From assembly GCA_938033205.1 (NCBI GenBank), contig CALHJP010000001.1:73978-137977 (forward strand): a stretch of 64,000 bases of DNA, in the 5' to 3' direction. Numbering within the stretch: position 1 is the stretch's first letter; each line of letters starts with the position of its first letter. The position numbers were made by a program, and so were the translations under genes. This stretch comes from an uncultured Collinsella sp. (GTDB lineage: Bacteria; Actinomycetota; Coriobacteriia; Coriobacteriales; Coriobacteriaceae). The notes beneath the pieces are model-generated. The model did not search any database, was not told where the DNA came from, and saw only the letters and a program-made list of their open reading frames with translations. This document shows, in pieces, positions 58,445-64,000 of the stretch.

Positions 58445-60853
58445 ATGCATATGCCGAGCAAAATCGAAAAGAAGCAAAAGGCCGCCAAGCTGCGTAAGCC
58501 GCCGCGTGATTTTTCGTATACGCAAAACCGAGAGCTTAGCTGGCTGCGCTTTGACGACCGCGTGCTTGACGAAGCCTTCGACGAGACCGTTCCGCTGTTC
58601 GAGCGTCTAAAGTTCGTGTCGATTTTCGAGTCCAACCTCGACGAATTCCTTATGGTGCGCGTGGGCGGCCTGTCCGATCTGGCAGAGCTCAAAAAACAGC
58701 CTGTCGACAACAAGAGCAATATGACCGCCTCCGAACAGGTCGACGCTGTCATGGCAGAGCTGCCCGGGCTCCTTACCCGTTGGGAGTCCATCTTTAAGAG
58801 CATCGAGGGCAAACTCGACACCCTGGGCGTTCACCGCGCCCGCATCGATTCGCTTACGCCCGAGGAGCGCACCTTTGTAACCCGCTACTTCCAGGCCTAC
58901 GTGTCGCCGGTTATCTCACCGTTGGTCATTGACCCGCGCCACCCCTTCCCCAACCTGCGCAACGGCGCGCTCTATCTGGCTTGTGGCCTGGACGGCGTCA
59001 CCGACGAGGAGAGCCTGCTGGGCCTTATCGAGATTCCCGCCTCGATGAACCGCGTGGTCGAGATTCCCTCGCCCGCCGGCACCTACTCCTACATCTTGCT
59101 CGAGGACGTCATTCTTGCCTGCTTGGACAGCTGCTTTGGTTCCTATAAGCCGCTCGACCGCGCTCTGATCCGCGTCACCCGCAATGCCGATATCGACCCG
59201 GACGGCGAGGGCGTCGAGGAGGAAGAGGATTACCGCCAGCACATGAAGCGCATCCTCAAGAAACGCTTGCGCCTGCAGCCGGTGGTGCTCGCGGTCTCGG
59301 GGTCGCTCGAGAAGGCGACGCTCAAGACCATCCGCAAGGCGCTCGAGCTTTCGCGCCGCTCTGTCTTTACCTGCGATATCCCGCTCGACCTAGGCTACGT
59401 CTTTGGCATTGAGGGCAAGATTCCCGAGCACCTGCGCAACGAGCTGCTCTTTACGCCGTTTAAGCCGCAGCCCAACCCCACCATCGATATGGCCCGCTCC
59501 ATCCGCGAGCAGGTACTTCAGCACGACAAGCTGCTCTTTTATCCCTATGAGGCCATGAACCCCTTCCTGGATCTGGTGCACGAGGCCGCCTACGACCCCG
59601 AGTGCATCTCACTGCGCATCACGCTCTACCGCGTGGCCAAGCAGAGCCGCCTGTGCGAGTCACTGATCGATGCCGCCGAGAACGGCAAAGAGGTCACGGT
59701 GCTCATGGAGCTCCGCGCGCGCTTTGACGAGCAGAACAACATCGAGTGGGCCGAGCGCCTGGAAGAGGCCGGCTGCACCGTCATCTACGGCTCTGAGGGC
59801 TTTAAGTGCCACTCCAAGATCTGCCAGCTCACCTATCGCGAGGGCATGGCGCTAACGCGCCTGACGCTGCTGGGCACCGGCAACTTTAACGAGAAGACGG
59901 CCAAACTCTACAGCGACTTTATGCTCATGACCGCTCACCCCGGCATCGGCGAGGACGCCAACCTGTTCTTCCGCAACCTGTCGCTGGGCAACCTGCGCGG
60001 CGATTACCGCTTCCTGGGTGTGGCGCCCGTCGGACTGAAACCGCTCATCATGCGCGGGCTTGACCGCGAGATCCAGCGCGCCCTCGCCGGCGAGCCCGCC
60101 CGCGTGTTCTTTAAACTCAACTCGCTCACCGACCGCGAGGTCATCGACAAGATCGCCGAGGCATCGTGCGCAGGAGTCCGCGTGGACATGATCATCCGCG
60201 GCATCTCGTGCCTCAAGCCGGGCGTTCCTGGCAAGACCGAGAACGTGCATGTCCGTTCTATCGTCGGACGCTTTTTGGAGCATGCGCGCGTTTACGCCTT
60301 TGGCGTGGACTCGGACATGATCTATCTGAGCTCGGCCGACATGATGACGCGCAACACCGAGCACCGCGTGGAGATCGCCTTCCCCGTGCTCGACCCCACC
60401 TGCCGCGCCCTGGTGCACGAGTACATGAGCATGCAGCTGCGCGACAACGTGAAGGCCCGCAGCCTCACGAGCGACGGCACCTGGGTCCCCGTGGAGCGCG
60501 CAGAGGGTGAGAAACCCTTCAACTCGCAGGAAACCCTGCTGGAGCGTGCCTACCGCAACGCCGAGGCCGCGCCCGAGCCCGTCATTGAGGCAAAGCCCGC
60601 CCCTGCTCCTAAGCCGCAGCCGGCCACACCCGAGGTTCAGAAGGTCCAGGCGACCGTCATTGAGCCCGAGCCCGCACCTGCACCTCAGCCCGAGCCGCAG
60701 GCAGCTAAGCCCGCACCCGAGACGAGCGCCCGTCGCGATAAGCCCGCCGGCAAGACCAAGGCCATCGAGCGCCATCGCCCCGGTCGTGTGCGCATGGGCC
60801 TGGGCCTGATCGGCCTGGGTCTTAAGACGCTCATTACCGGCAAGACGAAATAG
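58445..60853 (+). CDS. ppk: Polyphosphate kinase 1 with Pro/Ala-rich C-terminal extension
   Basis: ...FESNLDEFLMVRV..., the two PLD-like HKxxxxD-type motifs (...FKCHSKICQL..., ...GRFLEHARVYAF...); about 110 extra C-terminal residues (APEPVIEAKPAPAPKPQP...RMGLGLIGLGLKTLITGKTK). Confidence 0.9.
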   Translation: MHMPSKIEKKQKAAKLRKPPRDFSYTQNRELSWLRFDDRVLDEAFDETVPLFERLKFVSIFESNLDEFLMVRVGGLSDLAELKKQPVDNKSNMTASEQVDAVMAELPGLLTRWESIFKSIEGKLDTLGVHRARIDSLTPEERTFVTRYFQAYVSPVISPLVIDPRHPFPNLRNGALYLACGLDGVTDEESLLGLIEIPASMNRVVEIPSPAGTYSYILLEDVILACLDSCFGSYKPLDRALIRVTRNADIDPDGEGVEEEEDYRQHMKRILKKRLRLQPVVLAVSGSLEKATLKTIRKALELSRRSVFTCDIPLDLGYVFGIEGKIPEHLRNELLFTPFKPQPNPTIDMARSIREQVLQHDKLLFYPYEAMNPFLDLVHEAAYDPECISLRITLYRVAKQSRLCESLIDAAENGKEVTVLMELRARFDEQNNIEWAERLEEAGCTVIYGSEGFKCHSKICQLTYREGMALTRLTLLGTGNFNEKTAKLYSDFMLMTAHPGIGEDANLFFRNLSLGNLRGDYRFLGVAPVGLKPLIMRGLDREIQRALAGEPARVFFKLNSLTDREVIDKIAEASCAGVRVDMIIRGISCLKPGVPGKTENVHVRSIVGRFLEHARVYAFGVDSDMIYLSSADMMTRNTEHRVEIAFPVLDPTCRALVHEYMSMQLRDNVKARSLTSDGTWVPVERAEGEKPFNSQETLLERAYRNAEAAPEPVIEAKPAPAPKPQPATPEVQKVQATVIEPEPAPAPQPEPQAAKPAPETSARRDKPAGKTKAIERHRPGRVRMGLGLIGLGLKTLITGKTK

Positions 60854-60966
60854 TCGTTTGTAGAAGCAGTTTGTAGAAGCGCCCCGCATTTGAGGAAAGC
60901 CTCGGATGCGGGGCGCTTTTCCCTGCTACCATGGTGCGAGCAACAACACGAATGACAGGCAGGGAT

Positions 60967-62280
60967 ATGAAGCTCACTATAGAATCGATGACCTACGGCG
61001 CCGACGGGCTGGCGCACGCCGACAACGGCAAGGCCGTCTTTGTGCAGGGCGCCGTGGCAGGCGACACCGTCGAGGCCGAGGTCGTACAGGACGGCAAGTC
61101 GTTCATGCGCGCCCGCACGACCGAGATTCTGGAGCCGAGCCCCGATCGCATTCAGCCCCCCTGCCCCTTCGTTGGCATCTGCGGCGGTTGTTCGTGGGGC
61201 AATCTCTCACGCACGGCACAGCTCGCCGCCAAGGAGCAAAACCTGCGCTCCACGCTCGAGCGCATCGGCAAGTTCGCTCCTGAGCAGGTCGATGAGTTGG
61301 TACAGCCCATCTGCCACACCAAGGACGACTGGGGCTACCGCAATAAAATCGAGCTCGAACCGACCGTCGTCAACGGTCGCGTGCGCCTTGGCATGCACGG
61401 TGTCGACCCCAGCAAAATCGTGACCGTCGATGCGTGCCCGCTGTTCGATAAGCGCTTCCCGAAGGCGCTCAAATCGGTCGTCGGCGCACTCAACTATCTA
61501 AGCGGCAGCCATGACTTGGGACTCGAACGCGTGGGCATTCGTGCATCGCGCCGTACCAAGGCACTCGAGGTCGCACTCTGGACGCCTACAGGCTCTTTTC
61601 CGCGCTCGCAGGTCTCCCGCGTGCTGGCGGACGCCGCTCATCCCACGAGCATCGTGCGCGTGATGAGCAAGGGCGAAAAGAAGGCCCGCCGTGTCTCCAA
61701 GGTCGAAATGCTCGCCGGAGAGGGCTCATGGACCGAGAATATCGCCGAGGGTCAGATGCGCTTGTCTGCCCCGTCTTTTTTCCAGGTCAACACCAAGGGT
61801 GCCGAGATTTTGATCGAGCTTGTCATGGAAGCGCTCGACCCGCAAGAAGACGAGCTTGCCGTGGACCTGTACTGCGGCGCCGGAACCTTTACCCTGCCGC
61901 TCGCCCGCCGCTGCGACTTCGTCGCCGCCGTCGAGGCCTACGGCCCGGCCGTGCGCGACCTGCGCCGTAACCTGGAGATCAACAAGCTTGATAACGTCGA
62001 CGTCATTGGCGGAGACGCGGTGCGCGAGTTCCCCGACCAGGATGCCGACGTCTTGGTGGTCGACCCGCCGCGCGCAGGCCTCGCCCCCGAGGCGATCGAC
62101 CTTATCGCCAGCACGAGTGCTCGCGATGTCGCCTACGTGAGCTGCGACCCGGCCACCCTGGCGCGCGATCTCAAACGCTTTGTCGAAGAAGGCACCTTCT
62201 CCCCCGTCAAGATCACGCCAGTCGACCTGTTCCCGCAAACCTTCCACTGCGAGACCGTCGTCCACCTTAGGCGCAACTAG
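60967..62280 (+). CDS. 23S rRNA (uracil-5)-methyltransferase, RlmD/RumA family
   Basis: N-terminal TRAM domain, Cys cluster (CPFVGICGGCSW...C), SAM-MTase motifs (DLYCGAGTF, VDPPRAG) and a C-terminal catalytic Cys. Confidence 0.8.
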   Translation: MKLTIESMTYGADGLAHADNGKAVFVQGAVAGDTVEAEVVQDGKSFMRARTTEILEPSPDRIQPPCPFVGICGGCSWGNLSRTAQLAAKEQNLRSTLERIGKFAPEQVDELVQPICHTKDDWGYRNKIELEPTVVNGRVRLGMHGVDPSKIVTVDACPLFDKRFPKALKSVVGALNYLSGSHDLGLERVGIRASRRTKALEVALWTPTGSFPRSQVSRVLADAAHPTSIVRVMSKGEKKARRVSKVEMLAGEGSWTENIAEGQMRLSAPSFFQVNTKGAEILIELVMEALDPQEDELAVDLYCGAGTFTLPLARRCDFVAAVEAYGPAVRDLRRNLEINKLDNVDVIGGDAVREFPDQDADVLVVDPPRAGLAPEAIDLIASTSARDVAYVSCDPATLARDLKRFVEEGTFSPVKITPVDLFPQTFHCETVVHLRRN

Positions 62281-62386
62281 TCACTCAATCATTGCTCAGA
62301 TAAATCATTGAGAAATCGAGCGTGGCAAGCGGAGGTCTTCGGGGTATAAGACGGCTAATTGTATGCCGCCTATGAAAGGAACCCTC

Positions 62387-62929
62387 ATGCCCAGCGTTGC
62401 CGTTCTCGCCGCCGATGGCTTTGAAACTATTGAATGCTTGACCATGGTCGATGTCATGCGTCGCGGCGGTGTGCGTGCCACGCTCGTCTCGATTATGCCC
62501 ACACGTGAGGTCGTAAGCTCGCTGCAGATCCCCGTGACCTGCGATGCGCTCTTTGATGAGATCAACTTTGACGAGTACGACTGCGTCGTGCTGCCCGGCG
62601 GCTTGCCCGGTGCCACCAACCTGCGTGCCGATCAGCGCGTCTGCGACGTGGTCTGCGAGTTCGCCGCGACCAAGCACGTTGCCGCCATCTGCGCCGCCCC
62701 GTTTATCCTGGGCGAGCTCGACCTACTCGAGGGGCGCCACGCCACGTGCTTCCCTGGCTTTGAGAAAAGCTTCCCCGAAGGCGCCTATACCGGCGAGAAG
62801 GTTACGCAAGACGGCAACATCATCACCGCCAGCGGCATGGCCCAGTCGCTCCCCTTTGCGCTTGAGCTGCTGCGCACGCTCGCCGGCGACAAGGCCGTCG
62901 AGAAGGTCGCCGAGGGCATTCAGCTATGA
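62387..62929 (+). CDS. DJ-1/PfpI-family protein (YajL/ThiJ-like)
   Basis: ...VLPGGLPGA..., ...AAICAAP... carries the nucleophile-elbow Cys; start at MPSVAVL preceded by AAAGGAA. Confidence 0.8.
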   Translation: MPSVAVLAADGFETIECLTMVDVMRRGGVRATLVSIMPTREVVSSLQIPVTCDALFDEINFDEYDCVVLPGGLPGATNLRADQRVCDVVCEFAATKHVAAICAAPFILGELDLLEGRHATCFPGFEKSFPEGAYTGEKVTQDGNIITASGMAQSLPFALELLRTLAGDKAVEKVAEGIQL

Positions 62930-63507
62930 TTTTGGCTTCGCAATCACCGCGCCGCATCGAGTTGATGCGCGAGGCGGGCTATGACATTCGCGTGATTCCC
63001 GCAGATATCGACGAAACGCCTTTTGATGGCGAAGCTCCGCTTACACTCGTCGAGCGCTTGGCGCGTGCCAAAGCCGCCGCCGTTGCCGCCGAGCATGCCG
63101 AGCCCAACGAACTGACCGTCGCGGCCGATACTATTGTCACCTTTGACGGCCAAATTTTGGGCAAGCCGGCAGACGGGGACGAGGCGCGCACCATGCTCCG
63201 CGAGCTTTCGGGCCGCACGCACCAGGTCGCAACCGGCGTCTGCATCGTTAAAGCCGGCGACGCTACAGCTCCGCATGCCGCCGAGAGCCTGTCGTTTGTC
63301 GATGTGACCGACGTGACGTTCTATGAGCTTACCGAAGAGCAGATCGAGCGCTATGTTGCCTCCGGCGAACCCATGGACAAGGCCGGGGCCTACGGCATCC
63401 AAGGCACAGGCGGCCGCATGCTTGTGCACGATATTTCGGGTGACTTCTACAACGTGGTGGGCTTGCCCATCGCTCGCGTCGCACGCGCGATTCAAAAACT
63501 CTCGTAA
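62926..63507 (+). CDS. maf: Maf-like nucleoside triphosphate pyrophosphatase
   Basis: MILASQSPRRIELMREAG... and ...DKAGAYGIQG... are Maf signatures; 4-nt overlap with the upstream gene. Confidence 0.9.
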   Translation: MILASQSPRRIELMREAGYDIRVIPADIDETPFDGEAPLTLVERLARAKAAAVAAEHAEPNELTVAADTIVTFDGQILGKPADGDEARTMLRELSGRTHQVATGVCIVKAGDATAPHAAESLSFVDVTDVTFYELTEEQIERYVASGEPMDKAGAYGIQGTGGRMLVHDISGDFYNVVGLPIARVARAIQKLS

Positions 63508-63607
63508 TTGCATCTGGCGCTGGGTATCCCCCAGCGCCTACAATTTTGCCGTACCGTACGGATCCCGACCGGGCATAAGGCCCGGCGGAAAACCGATAGG
63601 AGAACAC

Positions 63608-64000
63608 ATGGACACACTGCTCGAAGCCATCGATGTTTGCAATGTCGATGGCTTTTGCTTTGGCAACTATACGGACGAGGAGGCTGGCACCGGCTGCACC
63701 GTAATCGTGGCGCCCGAGGGTGCCACCGGTGGCGTTGACGTACGTGGTGGCGCCCCCGCTTCGCGTGAGACCGACCTGCTGCGTCCCGAAAACACCGTCG
63801 ATAAGGTCCACGCCGTCTGCCTTTCGGGCGGATCGGCCTTTGGCCTCGAGGCTGCAAGCGGCGTGGCCCGCGAACTCGAGAGCCGCGGCATTGGTCTGCC
63901 CGTCGGCCCCACGCAGGTGCCCATCGTGTGCTCCAGCTGTATCTTCGACCTTGCCTTTGGCGACCCCACCGTTCGCCCCGACATTGAGGCCGGCATCGCC
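63608..64000 (+). CDS. P1/DmpA-like (S58) peptidase family protein, 3'-truncated by window edge
   Basis: Manual translation of the frame starting at ATG 63608 (RBS GGAGAA) gives MDTLLEAIDVCNVDGFCFGNYTDEEAGTGCTVIVAPEG...VHAVCLSGGSAFGLEAASGV..., open to the window end. Confidence 0.6.
   Translation, partial: MDTLLEAIDVCNVDGFCFGNYTDEEAGTGCTVIVAPEGATGGVDVRGGAPASRETDLLRPENTVDKVHAVCLSGGSAFGLEAASGVARELESRGIGLPVGPTQVPIVCSSCIFDLAFGDPTVRPDIEAGIA

Overview
This 64 kb window looks like core chromosome from a high-GC Gram-positive bacterium, probably an actinobacterium and possibly Coriobacteriia-like. That placement is an inference from GC content, a division cluster with no ftsA, the presence of SepF and DivIVA, and XerD sitting beside pyrG. 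Almost all coding is on the minus strand. No rRNA, tRNA, CRISPR array or obvious mobile element was seen.

Main blocks, in order:
- rpiB (5' partial), ndk, and argG/argH on the minus strand.
- A Cof-type HAD hydrolase gene preceded by an AT-rich leader.
- polA, an M18 aminopeptidase gene, and yaaA.
- A TPP riboswitch followed by thiC and thiD.
- Three minus-strand genes in a row: a pentapeptide-repeat protein, an SGNH hydrolase, and a PARG-like macrodomain protein (TIGR02452/DUF2263). An intrinsic terminator separates the PARG-like gene from the other two.
- A BI-1 family gene, then pitA with its DUF47 partner, then a nitroreductase gene.
- A complete division and cell-wall (dcw) cluster from 21.3 to 44.9 kb, in the order mraZ-rsmH-ftsL-ftsI-murF-mraY-murD-ftsW-murG-murC-murB-ftsQ-ftsZ-pgeF-yggS-sepF-yggT-divIVA. 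A full pstSCAB-phoU operon is inserted between pgeF and yggS. There is no murE.
- xerD, pyrG, a small winged-helix gene and a DUF1846 gene.
- An arginine deiminase locus (arcD, arcB, arcA) with no carbamate kinase gene in the window, and a second arcA copy whose DNA is inferred to be identical, together with an aminotransferase gene.
- ppk1 with a roughly 110-residue C-terminal extension, an rlmD-like methyltransferase gene, a DJ-1/PfpI gene, maf, and the start of a P1/DmpA-like peptidase gene.

I did not find a clean candidate for a new multi-gene system. The observations most worth follow-up are:
- The exact 1267-bp arcA duplication, whose two copies sit behind diverged upstream regions that still share short sequence blocks.
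- The ADI locus itself, which lacks arcC, carries an embedded aminotransferase gene and is flanked by AT-rich spacers.
- Two and a half tandem copies of a 72-73 bp repeat between arcD and the DUF1846 gene.
- The pst operon nested inside the division cluster and joined to pgeF by an ATGA start/stop overlap.
- GTGGG repeats upstream of mraZ with about 10-bp periodicity, resembling MraZ operator boxes.
- A 108-bp near-perfect inverted repeat after the DUF47 gene, with TTTGGCTGA direct repeats just downstream of it.
- A GGG-X7-QEA motif, rather than the canonical QEE, in the PARG-like macrodomain protein.

Many long reverse-strand ORFs in the six-frame track are high-GC antisense artefacts and were rejected.
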